A DNA stretch of 64,000 nucleotides from Blautia sp. HCP3S3_G3 (GTDB lineage Bacteria > Bacillota > Clostridia > Lachnospirales > Lachnospiraceae), in the NCBI RefSeq assembly GCF_052063365.1, contig NZ_JBQHXR010000008.1:1-64000 (forward strand), written 5' to 3'. Within the stretch, counting starts at the first letter, position 1; the number at the start of each line of letters is the position of its first letter. The position numbers were made by a program, and so were the translations under genes. The notes beneath the pieces were generated by a model. The model did no database searches. It was not told the origin of the DNA and saw only the letters and a list, made by a program, of their open reading frames with translations. Positions 35,103 through 46,027 of the stretch are shown here, piece by piece.

Positions 35103-37616
35103 TTATTCAGTTATTCTTTTGCGCTTTCTTACCAGAACGTAACCACCTGCAAGAAGAGATAATACCGCAAGCATGCCCATGGTTCCGACCGGTGACTCAT
35201 CTGCTGTATTGGCACCAGTTGCAGTTGCGCTGCCAGTATCCGTTGTATCATCTGTTCTGGAAATCAGATTGCCGTCGGCATCTCTTGTGACCAGATTACC
35301 ATCTTCATCATAATAGGAATAAGTTCCGTTCGCACCAGGAGTGATCTGTATGTCATCAAATTCAATGGCAGCTGACTGGAACTGGTAAGCGACAGAAGAG
35401 ATATTATCTGTTGCACGCCATTCATTGCCGGTGTATTTTTCCTGTCTGTAGAAAATGTACAGATTGTAGGTGGCTGCTTTCTTAATACCGCCTGCAGCAC
35501 CAATTTTCCATGTGCTGTGTTTCTCGCTGTCGGAAGGATTGGAGGAAGTACTCCAGTACAGAGGATTCCATCTTACATCTCCCTCAATCGGATCTGTATT
35601 GTCCATTCCGGCACCGGATACGGTGAACGGATAGAAGGTATTCGGATAAAATTCCAGAGGTTTCTCAAGACCGGTTACGGTACTTTCTGTAACAGCCGGT
35701 ACCTTCGGATCGCGGGTCGGTGTCTGGGTCGGTGCAGCCGGACGGGATTTGCTCTGAAGTTCTGCAACCAATGGTGCAGAAACCAGTCCGCTGTCACTCT
35801 TTACGTAAATATATACATAAATCGTACCTTCTGTAGTAATACCCTCTACATAAATCGGGGTATTTGCATTTGCAGCAAGTGCAGCACCTTTGGTACATTT
35901 CTCAATAGCCGGAGCAGTGGAGTCTGTTCCATACGTCCAGTAATAAGTACCGGATTTATCTGACTGGAAAATAACGGTTGCGGAATCGTGTCCTGTCCAT
36001 GATGCATCGACACCGGTAAGTTTCGGGGGACGGGCTGCCGGATCCATATCTTTGGATACAACGACTGCTTCACCGGTATTATCTATGAAGCAAAGATAAA
36101 TACTGGCTCCATCTGTTCCTACAGCTGTTTTCTCACTTGTAGAGAAAGTGTAGGTAATAGCAGATGATTTGTTTGCGCTTACGGTTGTTTTATGATTGTC
36201 CTTTTTGATTTCATCTGCAGTAGGTGCTTTTGTACCGGTCTTTACAACTTTAATGTAAACAGTTGCATCTTTGTTGGATGTTACCGTTAATTTTACTTTA
36301 TTTGTGCTGAGCCAGGCTGCATCTTTAATCTCTGCGCTTAATTTCGTTTCTTCCGGTGTTTCCTGGGATTTCAGGAAACCGGTTTCGTCAATGGAAAAAT
36401 CTCCGCTGCCTTCATAGGTAAACTGTGGTAATACATCGGCAAGCGTGATACCTTCAATATCAGAATCCATGCATACAACAGGAACACCTGCTGCCGGATT
36501 TTTCATCTGAATACTAATAGTAGACTTTTCCAGTTTATCGACAATACTTACGACAACTGCTTTTTCATCGTTCGGATCTGTTATGGAACTGTCATTTGCA
36601 AGCACAATATTGCTTACAGCTCCTTCTGCACCGGTGTTTCCCGTAACAGTTACCGTACCTTCTGCGTATACAGTGGAATCACTGAAGATGGCACCGCCTT
36701 CTCCGGTTGTGCTGTTGCCGGTAATGGTACCGCCGCTGAGCAGGACAATTCCCTGTGTACAATGGATTGCTGCACCATTGGCACTTGTCTTATTTCCGGT
36801 CAGTGTACAGTTTGCCATTAACTGGAAAGAACCGCCTTCCAATATGGATACAATAGAACCTTCGGACATTTCCTCGGATGCACCATTAATCGTCAGCGTT
36901 CCATGGATATCATTGCCATCTTCATCATAATCTTCTGTACCGCAAAAATAAACAAAACTGTCTTTGACTTCAAACATATTTCCCTTGAAGCCGCTCTTCC
37001 TGGAAATGGTAATAGTCTTGTCAGCAGGTGTGGCAAACACAATGTTCTTGCCGGTAAGTTTTACTGTTTTGTCAAGAACCAGATCCTGATTCAGAATAAT
37101 GGTGTCCGGCTCATCATTTGCAACAGGTGTTGTACATGCGGCAAGCGCTTCATCCAGGGTATCAAAAGATTTATCCCCTACGGTAAACGGTTTTGCAGCT
37201 GCTTCTGTAGGAGTAGGTGTGGCACCCTCTCCTTCTTTCAGATTTCCTTCTGCAGCAGAGGGAATTTCAACGACAGGCACTTCTCCAGGTGCTGTGGTTG
37301 GAACTTCTGTTGGTGTCTCAGCTGGTGCTTCTGTCGGTGTCTCAACTGGTGTTTCTGTCGGTGTTTCGGTTGGTGCTTCTGTCGGTTCCTCTGCCGGAGC
37401 CTCTGCCGGTGTTTCTGCCGGAGCCTCTGCCGGTTCTTCTTCCGGTGTTTCAGAGGCTGCTGCTATTCCTGCATCTGAAACATCTTCTATCGATAATTCG
37501 CTGGCATCTTCTGCAAATACTGCAGCAGGTGCCATACTGAAAGTCAGGGCTCCTGATAAAAGTAAAGCAAGTACTTGTTTTTTTCGCATAATAAATCCTC
37601 CCCATAAAACGAGCAT
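35103..37616 (-). CDS. Secreted cell-surface protein: signal peptide, Pro/Thr/Glu/Ala-rich linker, pectin-lyase-like beta-helix region, C-terminal TM anchor
   Basis: EAPAETPAEAPAEEPTEAPTETPTETPVETPTEAP linker. GNxTxxxGGAI beta-helix-type repeats. C-terminal MGMLAVLSLLAGGYVLVRKRKRITE. Confidence 0.5.
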   Translation of the reverse strand: MLVLWGGFIMRKKQVLALLLSGALTFSMAPAAVFAEDASELSIEDVSDAGIAAASETPEEEPAEAPAETPAEAPAEEPTEAPTETPTETPVETPTEAPAETPTEVPTTAPGEVPVVEIPSAAEGNLKEGEGATPTPTEAAAKPFTVGDKSFDTLDEALAACTTPVANDEPDTIILNQDLVLDKTVKLTGKNIVFATPADKTITISRKSGFKGNMFEVKDSFVYFCGTEDYDEDGNDIHGTLTINGASEEMSEGSIVSILEGGSFQLMANCTLTGNKTSANGAAIHCTQGIVLLSGGTITGNSTTGEGGAIFSDSTVYAEGTVTVTGNTGAEGAVSNIVLANDSSITDPNDEKAVVVSIVDKLEKSTISIQMKNPAAGVPVVCMDSDIEGITLADVLPQFTYEGSGDFSIDETGFLKSQETPEETKLSAEIKDAAWLSTNKVKLTVTSNKDATVYIKVVKTGTKAPTADEIKKDNHKTTVSANKSSAITYTFSTSEKTAVGTDGASIYLCFIDNTGEAVVVSKDMDPAARPPKLTGVDASWTGHDSATVIFQSDKSGTYYWTYGTDSTAPAIEKCTKGAALAANANTPIYVEGITTEGTIYVYIYVKSDSGLVSAPLVAELQSKSRPAAPTQTPTRDPKVPAVTESTVTGLEKPLEFYPNTFYPFTVSGAGMDNTDPIEGDVRWNPLYWSTSSNPSDSEKHSTWKIGAAGGIKKAATYNLYIFYRQEKYTGNEWRATDNISSVAYQFQSAAIEFDDIQITPGANGTYSYYDEDGNLVTRDADGNLISRTDDTTDTGSATATGANTADESPVGTMGMLAVLSLLAGGYVLVRKRKRITE

Positions 37617-37781
37617 TCATAAAATAAATAAAAAAGTGATATAATGTTTCCTGCCATTCAGAAGGCCGATTTATAAATAAATGAACGGTTGTAAAACATT
37701 ATGATATAGTATAGCACACCTGATACCGGAAAGTCAAATTACAGAAGTGGCAGGTTAGCCTGTATCCTGATAGCTGATCCG

Positions 37782-38369
37782 TTATTTATTTTCCACTGTA
37801 CCGGTTTCTGTGAACGGGATAAACAACAGCTCTTTTTCTGTTACAATGATCTGCGGAAAGATATCGGTAGGTTCTACAGGTACTTCCGGCATGATCTGAA
37901 AATCAAAGGCTACTGCTACACGTTCCAGTGAAGGATGCTTTTCCAGATAACGGTCATAAAAACCTCCGCCATATCCGACTCTGTGATTTTCCCTGTCAAA
38001 TGCCACGCCAGGCATGATCATAAGGGCTTCTTCCCAGTTTACAGCTTCTCCGCTTCCATCCGGCTCCGGGATTCCGTAATACCCGGGCTGCAGCTGTGAG
38101 AAATCTGTAAAACGGTAAAACACCATGTCTTTGCCGACCACTTTCGGAACAGCTACTTCTTTTCCGGCTTTCCATGCTTCCTCTATAAGATAACGTGTGA
38201 TTACCTCGTGGTTGTAATCTGCATATGCCAGGATGCGTTTGGCATTGCGAAATGCAGGAAGAGCAATGACTCTCCGGGTAATATCCAGGCTCCAGTTTTC
38301 GATTTGTTCATCCGTACATGCTTTTCTCGAAGCAAAAATTTTTTTTCTAATGTCTTTTTTTGTTTCCAT
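37782..38369 (-). CDS. 5-formyltetrahydrofolate cyclo-ligase
   Basis: ...ILAYADYNHEVITRYLIEEA...GYGGGFYDRYL is the MTHFS family pattern. Confidence 0.7.
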   Translation of the reverse strand: METKKDIRKKIFASRKACTDEQIENWSLDITRRVIALPAFRNAKRILAYADYNHEVITRYLIEEAWKAGKEVAVPKVVGKDMVFYRFTDFSQLQPGYYGIPEPDGSGEAVNWEEALMIMPGVAFDRENHRVGYGGGFYDRYLEKHPSLERVAVAFDFQIMPEVPVEPTDIFPQIIVTEKELLFIPFTETGTVENK

Positions 38370-38601
38370 ATTTTTCTCCCAGATTGGTGATACTTCCATC
38401 TGCTTCCTGTATACTGATATTATCAAGCTGTGAACGGATATTCATCCGGATTGCTGCGATATACTCTTTGCGCAGCATCGCCTGTTCTTTTTTTTCTTCT
38501 TCTGTAAGTCCCACTGTTTTGGATTTACGGGCAAGTTCGTTAATTCTTTCGATTCTTGATATTTCCATTTTTCCTCTTTCCTGACGCTCTTGCTGCGTCA
38601 A
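38347..38601 (-). CDS. DUF896 (YnzC/UPF0291) family small protein
   Basis: ISRINELARKSKTVGLTEEEKKEQAMLRKEYIAAIRMNIRSQLDNI is typical. Confidence 0.6.
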   Translation of the reverse strand: MTQQERQERGKMEISRIERINELARKSKTVGLTEEEKKEQAMLRKEYIAAIRMNIRSQLDNISIQEADGSITNLGEKYGNKKRH

Positions 38602-38652
38602 TAACGGTAAATTTGGAAGTTCACTTCCAACCCCGAAGTATTTGTGAATGAA

Positions 38653-39498
38653 TCACAGCAGTTTTTCTATGTAATCGATCAGATAAAATTCTTCTTTCGG
38701 ATGACCGACAAATAAGGTTCCCTGATTACGTCCCTCAATGATTTTATGGATTACATGAAAATCTTCTCCATTTGCAATTACCATATCGGTACCTGCTGCT
38801 GTGGCAATTTCAGCTGCAGTGAGTTTCGTGGCCATACCGCCGGTTCCCACTTTGCTTCCCGTGGATGCTTTTCCCATGTCACGAAAATGACTGTCCAGAT
38901 TTTCCACCACATCAATAAATTCTGCATTCGGATTTTTATTCGGGTCATCGGTAAACAATCCGTCAATATCGGAAAGAAGAATCAGAAGATCCGCTCCGAT
39001 CAGTGCTGCAACTACTGCAGACAGCGTATCATTGTCACCAAACTGAATTTCATAGGTGGAAACAGAGTCATTTTCATTTACAATGGGAATTGTGCCCATT
39101 TTCAGAAGTTCTTCAAAAGTATTCTTGGCATTTTTGCGGTTCAGATTGTCTACCATTGTATTTTTGGTCATCAGGATCTGAGCCGCCATCTGATTGTATT
39201 CTGAAAAGAGCTTCTGATAGATCATCATAAGTCTGGCCTGTCCCACTGCAGCACAGGCCTGTTTTTTCTCCAGTTCCGCAGGTTTGCCATTCATACCGAG
39301 AGCCGCTGCACCGACACCGATGGCTCCGGAAGAAACAAGGACAACATCTTTTCCCTGATTATGAAGATCGCCGATCTCACGAACAAGAACTTCCAGTTTG
39401 CGAAGATTCAGCCTTCCGGTTTCCGGATGGGTCAGGGAAGAGGTACCTATTTTGATGACAATCCTCTTTTTATCTTTTAAGTATTCACGATAGTTCAT
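38653..39498 (-). CDS. proB: Glutamate 5-kinase
   Basis: VIKIGTSSLT...VVLVSSGAIGVG. Amino-acid kinase fold. Confidence 0.75.
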   Translation of the reverse strand: MNYREYLKDKKRIVIKIGTSSLTHPETGRLNLRKLEVLVREIGDLHNQGKDVVLVSSGAIGVGAAALGMNGKPAELEKKQACAAVGQARLMMIYQKLFSEYNQMAAQILMTKNTMVDNLNRKNAKNTFEELLKMGTIPIVNENDSVSTYEIQFGDNDTLSAVVAALIGADLLILLSDIDGLFTDDPNKNPNAEFIDVVENLDSHFRDMGKASTGSKVGTGGMATKLTAAEIATAAGTDMVIANGEDFHVIHKIIEGRNQGTLFVGHPKEEFYLIDYIEKLL

Positions 39499-39585
39499 GG
39501 TCTTTTGTCACTCCATTATTTTTTCATCCGGTTTATCTTACAACATTTTGTTTGTTTCGTCCATGGTTTTTCTTGATTTCCCGGA

Positions 39586-39993
39586 TCAACTGGAATAATT
39601 CTCCAGAAAACTGTACAATTCCTGCTGATCCCTGAGATATTTTCCGTTGCTCACTTCATTCCTTAGAGACTCCGGGAGGGATAAGACCGAAATGGAAGTG
39701 GTTTCATAAATGGTTCTCTGATCAGAATGATAAACCGTCACATACCCATCCTGTTCTTTCAGATAGTATGTTCCATATTGCCCGGTTTCTCCATTCGAAT
39801 CTGCCATGACTGCTGTACCGGGGGCTTTTTCGGAAAAAGATGTGTTTTGGTTTTCTGAATTTCCTGAAACATCTGTCTGTGACAAAAGCCATAATCGGTC
39901 CCGGGTGGCTGCAATCTGGTAGGATTGATAATAGGCCAGGGACAGGACGCCAAGAAACAAAAAAATCCCGATACTGTAGAATATTTTTCGCAT
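39586..39993 (-). CDS. Small secreted/membrane-anchored hypothetical protein
   Basis: N-terminal hydrophobic helix IFYSIGIFLFLGVLSLAYY. Confidence 0.3.
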   Translation of the reverse strand: MRKIFYSIGIFLFLGVLSLAYYQSYQIAATRDRLWLLSQTDVSGNSENQNTSFSEKAPGTAVMADSNGETGQYGTYYLKEQDGYVTVYHSDQRTIYETTSISVLSLPESLRNEVSNGKYLRDQQELYSFLENYSS

Positions 39994-40136
39994 TTGTATT
40001 CACGCTCCTTTGTGTACAGGAATGGTTCTATTCTATAGTATCGGATTTTTTTGTTATGATTATGTGCTTTTCTCTGATGGTAAGTTACGGGAGAATGATT
40101 CCATAATTTACTGTATATAGAGCGCATTATCCTTAT

Positions 40137-40631
40137 TTATCTTGTAATACCCAGTGCATCCAGTGCATCTGCCTGCTTTTTTTCCATAACAGCGGCTTCT
40201 TCCGGTGCCATATGGTCATATCCCAGAAGGTGCAGCATGCTGTGTGCGACAAGAAAGCAGAATTCCCGTTTTACACTGTGCCCGAATTCCTTTGCCTGTG
40301 CAGCTGCTTTTTCTGCGGAAATCATGATATCGCCCAGAAGAAGCTCATCGGTATCCAGGTCAAAGTAGGAATCATCCTCTTCGACAACCGAATAATCTGC
40401 CGGTGTTTCAAAAGGAATCATAGGAAAAGAAAGCACATCTGTAGGTGCAAGAATATTTCTGAATTCCGTATTTACACGTTTGATTTCCTCATTATCGGTC
40501 AAAACCAGATTTACGGATGCATCATATGGACAATTTTCCATTTCCAGAACTTTTTCGGCAACTTCTCTTGCCAGTCCGGCACAGTCAATTCCCCAGTCCA
40601 CTTCTACTTCACACTCAAACTGTAATGTCAT
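40137..40631 (-). CDS. ybeY: rRNA maturation RNase YbeY
   Basis: HSMLHLLGYDHM metal-binding motif. Confidence 0.85.
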   Translation of the reverse strand: MTLQFECEVEVDWGIDCAGLAREVAEKVLEMENCPYDASVNLVLTDNEEIKRVNTEFRNILAPTDVLSFPMIPFETPADYSVVEEDDSYFDLDTDELLLGDIMISAEKAAAQAKEFGHSVKREFCFLVAHSMLHLLGYDHMAPEEAAVMEKKQADALDALGITR

Positions 40632-41638
40632 ACATTCTCCTTACTGCGGCGGGTATTCTTTCTTGGTGCCGCCGGCTTCTGTTTCTTCTCATAATCATCG
40701 TATGCCTGTACAATCTGCTGTACCAGCGGGTGGCGTACAACGTCCTTACTGGTAAGCTGACAGAAACCGATATCATCAATTTTTTTCAGCACTTTCAGTG
40801 CTACATCCAGGCCGGATACAGCATCTCTTGGGAGATCTTTCTGTGAGGCATCTCCTGTGATGATTACTTTGGAACCAAATCCGATACGTGTCAGGAACAT
40901 TTTCATCTGGGCCGGTGTTGTATTCTGAGCTTCGTCGAGAATGATAAATGCATTATCCAGTGTACGTCCGCGCATATAAGCAAGCGGGGCCACTTCAATC
41001 AGGCCTTTTTCCATGTTTTTGGCAAAGCTGTCAGCTCCCATAATCTGGTACAGTGCATCGTAGAGAGGCCTCAGATACGGATCAACCTTACTCTGCAGGT
41101 CTCCGGGAAGGAAACCAAGCTTTTCGCCTGCTTCTATGGCAGGTCTGGTCAGAATAATACGGCTGACCTCTTCATTGCGGAAAGCAGTCACTGCCATGGC
41201 CATAGCCAGATAAGTCTTGCCTGTTCCGGCAGGTCCAACACCGAAAACAATCATTTTCTGCCGGATCTGATCCACATATTCTTTCTGGCCAAGTGTCTTT
41301 GGTTTGATCGGTCTTCCCTGAATCGTGTTACAGATCAGGTCTTTATCAATTTCTGTCAGTACCTGTCCCCGCTGCTCCAGAGCAAGGGACAATGCATAAT
41401 TGACATTTTGTCTGGTAATGGTATTGCCGCGGTTTGCCAGCGTGACAAGTTCTTCAATCAGTTTTTTCGCCTGGGATGCGTTCTGCTCATTTCCAAGAAT
41501 CTTTAAAGCTCCGTCCCTGGAGATTAAAGTGACATTCAGTGTCCGTTCAATCAGTTTCAGATGCTCATCAAACTGACCGAAAACATTCCCTTCCTGGCTG
41601 GCAGGCACATCTGCATGTAATTCTATGATGTTAGCCAT
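40628..41638 (-). CDS. phoH: PhoH-like ATPase
   Basis: GPAGTGKTYLAMAMAV Walker A plus the PhoH C-terminal pattern. 4-bp overlap with ybeY. Confidence 0.85.
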   Translation of the reverse strand: MANIIELHADVPASQEGNVFGQFDEHLKLIERTLNVTLISRDGALKILGNEQNASQAKKLIEELVTLANRGNTITRQNVNYALSLALEQRGQVLTEIDKDLICNTIQGRPIKPKTLGQKEYVDQIRQKMIVFGVGPAGTGKTYLAMAMAVTAFRNEEVSRIILTRPAIEAGEKLGFLPGDLQSKVDPYLRPLYDALYQIMGADSFAKNMEKGLIEVAPLAYMRGRTLDNAFIILDEAQNTTPAQMKMFLTRIGFGSKVIITGDASQKDLPRDAVSGLDVALKVLKKIDDIGFCQLTSKDVVRHPLVQQIVQAYDDYEKKQKPAAPRKNTRRSKENV

Positions 41639-41721
41639 TCATTGCTGTCCTTTCGTTTCAAATACCAGTATTTTCTGCGTACCTGTTTATTTTAGCATGA
41701 TTTACAGATATGGAAAGACTT

Positions 41722-42285
41722 TTAGCTTTCATGATGCTGTTTCAGATATGAGGCACGACCTTCTTCATACAGGTTGCGGCCCTCACTGTCAATGATGACA
41801 ACCAGCGGCATTTCCTCCACATACAGTTTTCTGAGTGCTTCCGCACCAAGATCTTCGTATGCGATCAGTTCTGCTTTTTTGATACATTTCGCCAGAAGTG
41901 CACCAGCTCCGCCGATCGCGCCAAAATAAACACCACTGTATTTCTTCATGGCTTCCACAACTTCCGGAAGACGTGCTCCTTTTCCGATCATTCCACGGGC
42001 GCCTACAGACATCATAGTCGGTGCATAGGCATCCATACGGCCACTGGTAGTCGGGCCTGCGGATCCGATTACCTGTCCCGGTTTTGCCGGTGTCGGTCCA
42101 ACATAATAAATCGTAGCATCTGTCGGGTCAAAAGGAAGTTTCTCTCCCCGGGCAAGTGCTTCGCACATTCTTTTGTGACCGGCATCACGGGAGGTGTAGA
42201 TGGTTCCTGTCAGATATACCGTATCTCCTGCATGGAGAGTTTTTGCCAGTTCTTCTGTAAGAGGCAGCGTAATATGTTTTTCCAT
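41722..42285 (-). CDS. Fe-S-type fumarate/tartrate hydro-lyase, beta subunit
   Basis: ...YVGPTPAKPGQVIGSAGPTTSGRMDAYAP... pattern. Adjacent to the alpha subunit. Confidence 0.8.
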   Translation of the reverse strand: MEKHITLPLTEELAKTLHAGDTVYLTGTIYTSRDAGHKRMCEALARGEKLPFDPTDATIYYVGPTPAKPGQVIGSAGPTTSGRMDAYAPTMMSVGARGMIGKGARLPEVVEAMKKYSGVYFGAIGGAGALLAKCIKKAELIAYEDLGAEALRKLYVEEMPLVVIIDSEGRNLYEEGRASYLKQHHES

Positions 42286-43155
42286 TTAAATCACCTCCGT
42301 TTTATGACGGGTCACATGGCAGTTAATATTAATTGCACATGGCATTCCGGCAATGTGTGTAGGCAGAGTTTCAATATTCAGACCGATCGCTGTGGTCTTT
42401 CCGCCAAATCCCTGCGGTCCGATACCAAGTTTATTGATTTTATCAAGCATTTCTACTTCCAGATCTGCATAAAAGGGATCCGGATTGGAAGAATCAATCG
42501 GTCTCATCAGTGCTTTTTTTGCAAGCAGAGCAGCCTTGTCAAAGGTGCCCCCGATTCCCACGCCGACTACCATCGGAGGACATGGATTCGGTCCGGCATT
42601 TTCTACTGTTTCGATAATGAAATCCTTGATTCCCTGAAGGCCGGCGGATGGCTTGAACATACGGATCGCACTCATATTTTCACTTCCAAAGCCCTTTGGT
42701 CCTACGGTTATTTTAATATTTTCACCCGGAACAATTTCTGTATAGATCATCGCCGGTGTATTGTCTCCTGTATTGCCGCGGCGTACCGGATCTTTTACTA
42801 CAGATTTTCTTAAATATCCTCTGTCATATCCACGGCGTACACCTTCGTTGATGGCATCTGTCAGATTGCCGCCTGTCATATGTACATCCTGCCCTATTTC
42901 CAGAAATACACATGCCATTCCTGTATCCTGACAGATCGGAACACATTCTTTATCCGCAATTTCAAAATTTTCAATGATATTGTCCAGAACTCCTTTGGCG
43001 ATTTCGCCATCTTCACATGCACGACAGTTTCTGATCGCACATTTTACATCTTCCGGAAGATGTTCATTGGCTTCGATACAGAGTTTTTCCACTACATCCG
43101 TAATCCGGCTTACTTCAATTTCTCGCATCTGTAACTGTACTCCTTTCTTTTGCAC
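42286..43155 (-). CDS. Fe-S-type fumarate/tartrate hydro-lyase, alpha subunit
   Basis: Cys ligands in ...[10 protein letters not shown]...; class I fumarase alpha pattern. Confidence 0.8.
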   Translation of the reverse strand: MQKKGVQLQMREIEVSRITDVVEKLCIEANEHLPEDVKCAIRNCRACEDGEIAKGVLDNIIENFEIADKECVPICQDTGMACVFLEIGQDVHMTGGNLTDAINEGVRRGYDRGYLRKSVVKDPVRRGNTGDNTPAMIYTEIVPGENIKITVGPKGFGSENMSAIRMFKPSAGLQGIKDFIIETVENAGPNPCPPMVVGVGIGGTFDKAALLAKKALMRPIDSSNPDPFYADLEVEMLDKINKLGIGPQGFGGKTTAIGLNIETLPTHIAGMPCAININCHVTRHKTEVI

Positions 43156-43247
43156 TCTTCCTATTTTACCACAGATATTTCCAGTCTTCCACTTCTTTCT
43201 TATCTCCCATGACAGATATCATGGTCAGATTGGTGTATTTTTATTCT

Positions 43248-44498
43248 TTAAGTTTCTTCATCCTCTTTTCTTTCCACTGCGACGGGGATTCCTGTTTTTT
43301 CGATTACAGTGAGCGTTCCTCTGGCCGTACATGAGTCGTAATCCGTTTCTATTTTTACATGGTTTGCAGATATCTCCATTCCCTGCTCTATTAATTTTTC
43401 TTCGTATTGCTGAAGCTGTTTTACTGCCAGGGATTTGGCCTCTTCTTTTGAATAGACGGAGGTTACTTCCTGGATTTTTTCGAAGGTTACATTTCCAAGC
43501 CATATGGGAAGATAAAAATTTTCGGTAAGTCTTACCTGTTTTTCCCATGCAGTTCTTCTCCAGCCGGATTTTTGTGTTTTGCCTGTATCCAGATAGAAAT
43601 TTCCCAGCCGGATATAAGAATGATGTTCTGTATCACCGGATAAAAACTCTTCTTCATGGCTTAAGGAGAATTCTCTGTAATAGGGCAATTCATGTTCCAC
43701 ATAGATATCTGCATCTGCATGCACATATTCATAGCGTATGATTTCCTGACTGTCATTTAGAATTTCCAGACGCCCCAGAACCAGAAGCTCTCCTTTCTTA
43801 CAGATATCTCCCGGTAAGACCTGAGGAGTTCCGGCCTTTGTAATGATTTTCACAATAGTTCCTTCCACATCCGCTGCCAGACTGCAGGGAGTTTCCGTTT
43901 CGGTTACAGAATCCTGCGGGATTTCTTCTTCCTGAATAGTAAGGATCAGTCGTGTTCCTTCAATTCTTGCAGACACCCAGGTGATTTCCGGATATTGCCG
44001 TCGCACAGAAGCCGCAAGATCTGCACAGTTGATGGTTCTTTTGGAAATTCCATGAACAATCCCCTGTTCACTGAGAAATCCCAGAATATCCGGTGTTGGA
44101 TTCTGAATATTTCCTTCAATATGAATATTCCAGATTCTGCCGGAAAGGAACAGAATAAGGAAGGCACAGAGAAGAATTCCTGCAAAAAAGGCGATCCTCT
44201 TTTTGCTGCGAACAATAAAAAAAGGCATTCCATATTTTCGGATCACACGAATATGTACCCCTGTTTTGCTGCGGACAGGGCGCAGAGAAAAGAAATCCCG
44301 GATATGCATTTCCAGGATCAGACAGCCGGGATTGGGGCATTTCAGCTTCCGTATGGAGATGTTTTTGGCTCTGCAGAGATTCAGAAATCTTTCACATTGC
44401 TCTCCCTGCACTTCCAGTATTACATACCCGGAGAGGAATTTTAAAAATTTCTCCATAAGCACGCCTCCTACTGCTCCAGAAAAATGCGGGATATACAT
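43248..44498 (-). CDS. yqfD: Sporulation protein YqfD
   Basis: N-terminal MEKFLKFLSGYVILEVQGEQCERFLNLCRAKNISI and ~400 aa with a TM segment. Confidence 0.7.
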   Translation of the reverse strand: MYIPHFSGAVGGVLMEKFLKFLSGYVILEVQGEQCERFLNLCRAKNISIRKLKCPNPGCLILEMHIRDFFSLRPVRSKTGVHIRVIRKYGMPFFIVRSKKRIAFFAGILLCAFLILFLSGRIWNIHIEGNIQNPTPDILGFLSEQGIVHGISKRTINCADLAASVRRQYPEITWVSARIEGTRLILTIQEEEIPQDSVTETETPCSLAADVEGTIVKIITKAGTPQVLPGDICKKGELLVLGRLEILNDSQEIIRYEYVHADADIYVEHELPYYREFSLSHEEEFLSGDTEHHSYIRLGNFYLDTGKTQKSGWRRTAWEKQVRLTENFYLPIWLGNVTFEKIQEVTSVYSKEEAKSLAVKQLQQYEEKLIEQGMEISANHVKIETDYDSCTARGTLTVIEKTGIPVAVERKEDEET

Positions 44499-44743
44499 CC
44501 CCGAATCTGCATTTCTTCACTGGAAAAATAGGGGATTTCCAGATGTTTTCCGCATATGGTAAGTCTCCCGCGAAAAGTCAGGATAATAATTTCGTCACTG
44601 GTATAACGAAGAATGCCGCGGTAATTTTCAATGACAGCCAGATGTTTCCCGGTAATGGTTACGATAGCATCACGATATGCCAGATCTTCCGGAATTTCCA
44701 GCGAAGTTACCAGCTTTTCCTTATATCGGCTATTTTTTTTCAT
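44468..44743 (-). CDS. yqfC: Sporulation protein YqfC
   Basis: ...ITGKHLAVIENYRGILRYTSDEIIILTF...ICGKHLEI pattern. Adjacent to yqfD. Confidence 0.65.
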   Translation of the reverse strand: MKKNSRYKEKLVTSLEIPEDLAYRDAIVTITGKHLAVIENYRGILRYTSDEIIILTFRGRLTICGKHLEIPYFSSEEMQIRGCISRIFLEQ

Positions 44744-44849
44744 AAAAAATCTCCGCGGCTTTTATTTCTAATCTATGCCGCGGAGAAATCGGTTATGTAT
44801 TATTTGTGAAGCGATGTTCTATTGGATCTGGATGAGCGGATGATCGATG

Positions 44850-45455
44850 TTATCGAAACAATACCATTGAAAACCACAGAATGGTATTGCCGCCCAGCTG
44901 AAATTCCATTTGCTGCGCTTCCACGATTTGTGAAACCACAACTCCATGACTCTCCAGACAGGGATGCATCCTGTCTGGATGAACGCAGGGACGCCCCTGT
45001 TTATAGGCGCATTCTATGCAGATATCACAGGATTCTGTGGAAAGGGTAAAAGTTTCATATCCCTGCGAACGGAGATAATCGCTGACAGCTGTTGTCAGTT
45101 CCTCATGAGCAAGTCGTGTTGAAAGGGTTTCCTCCAGGTTCAGAACATCCGAAACCTCTGCAACACTGGAAAAAAACACTGCGTGAGGATAACTGTGAAT
45201 TCTTTCCTCACATTCTTCCAGGGTTCCGACAGCGGGCGGACACGCCCATGTGGAATTGTAACGGACACATTCTTTTTCACAGATGATACGCACCCGTTCT
45301 TCTGTTTCGATCTCATTTGTTTTTATGATTCGATATTCAAAAATTGGATATTGTGAAATAAATTCTTCAAATTTTTCTAAATTTAATGATACTTCCATGT
45401 TACCACTCTTTCTCCAGCAGCTATGACAATAGAATCTCTCTCCGCTGCAGTACAA
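44850..45455 (-). CDS. DUF2284-like predicted metal-binding protein
   Basis: Cys-rich (CEKECVRYNSTWACPP...CDICIEC). Confidence 0.5.
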   Translation of the reverse strand: MYCSGERFYCHSCWRKSGNMEVSLNLEKFEEFISQYPIFEYRIIKTNEIETEERVRIICEKECVRYNSTWACPPAVGTLEECEERIHSYPHAVFFSSVAEVSDVLNLEETLSTRLAHEELTTAVSDYLRSQGYETFTLSTESCDICIECAYKQGRPCVHPDRMHPCLESHGVVVSQIVEAQQMEFQLGGNTILWFSMVLFR

Positions 45456-45523
45456 TCTGCCCGAAAGACTTTTTTATATTACAGGAAAACGCAGAACTCA
45501 TTCCTGTGACATAAAATAGGTGT

Positions 45524-46027
45524 TTAAGCTTTGGCTGTTCTTCTCTTACCAGTGAAATGAGATGCCTCAATACAGTAGATTTTTGTCCTTGTGAGCGCAT
45601 CTTCCGAAAAAAAGATTTCGGAATCCGCATCCAGGTGTTTCATGATCAGAGACAATCCGTAGATTTTTTCTTCGTGATCTTCTACGACACGAATCCTTCC
45701 ATTGCCCATAATACTTTCGTAGGCATAGGAGTAAGAACACGCATAATCCCCGCGAATCAGCGCATGACTTCCGTCCATTTCAAATGCGACTTCGGGACTG
45801 CAGGAAAAAGTATCTGCCTTGCGCCCGGAAACAGCCCCGTGAAAGTATAGTTTCAGATTTTGGGAACCTTCCTGTGTTTCTTCCAGCAGATAGCCGAAAT
45901 TGACTGGAACAATAAACATTCCTTCTTCATCTACAGCTCCGACCCGCACAACCTTACAGGATTCCAGAATATGTCTGAGGTCTTCAGTATCTTTTACCTC
46001 TCTCTTATGAAGACGCATCTCTCTCAT
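45524..46027 (-). CDS. Pyridoxamine 5-phosphate oxidase-like FMN-binding protein
   Basis: Split-barrel pattern ...VVRVGAVDEEGMFIVPVNFGY... The start was chosen at the internal Met after the dus stop. Confidence 0.5.
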   Translation of the reverse strand: MREMRLHKREVKDTEDLRHILESCKVVRVGAVDEEGMFIVPVNFGYLLEETQEGSQNLKLYFHGAVSGRKADTFSCSPEVAFEMDGSHALIRGDYACSYSYAYESIMGNGRIRVVEDHEEKIYGLSLIMKHLDADSEIFFSEDALTRTKIYCIEASHFTGKRRTAKA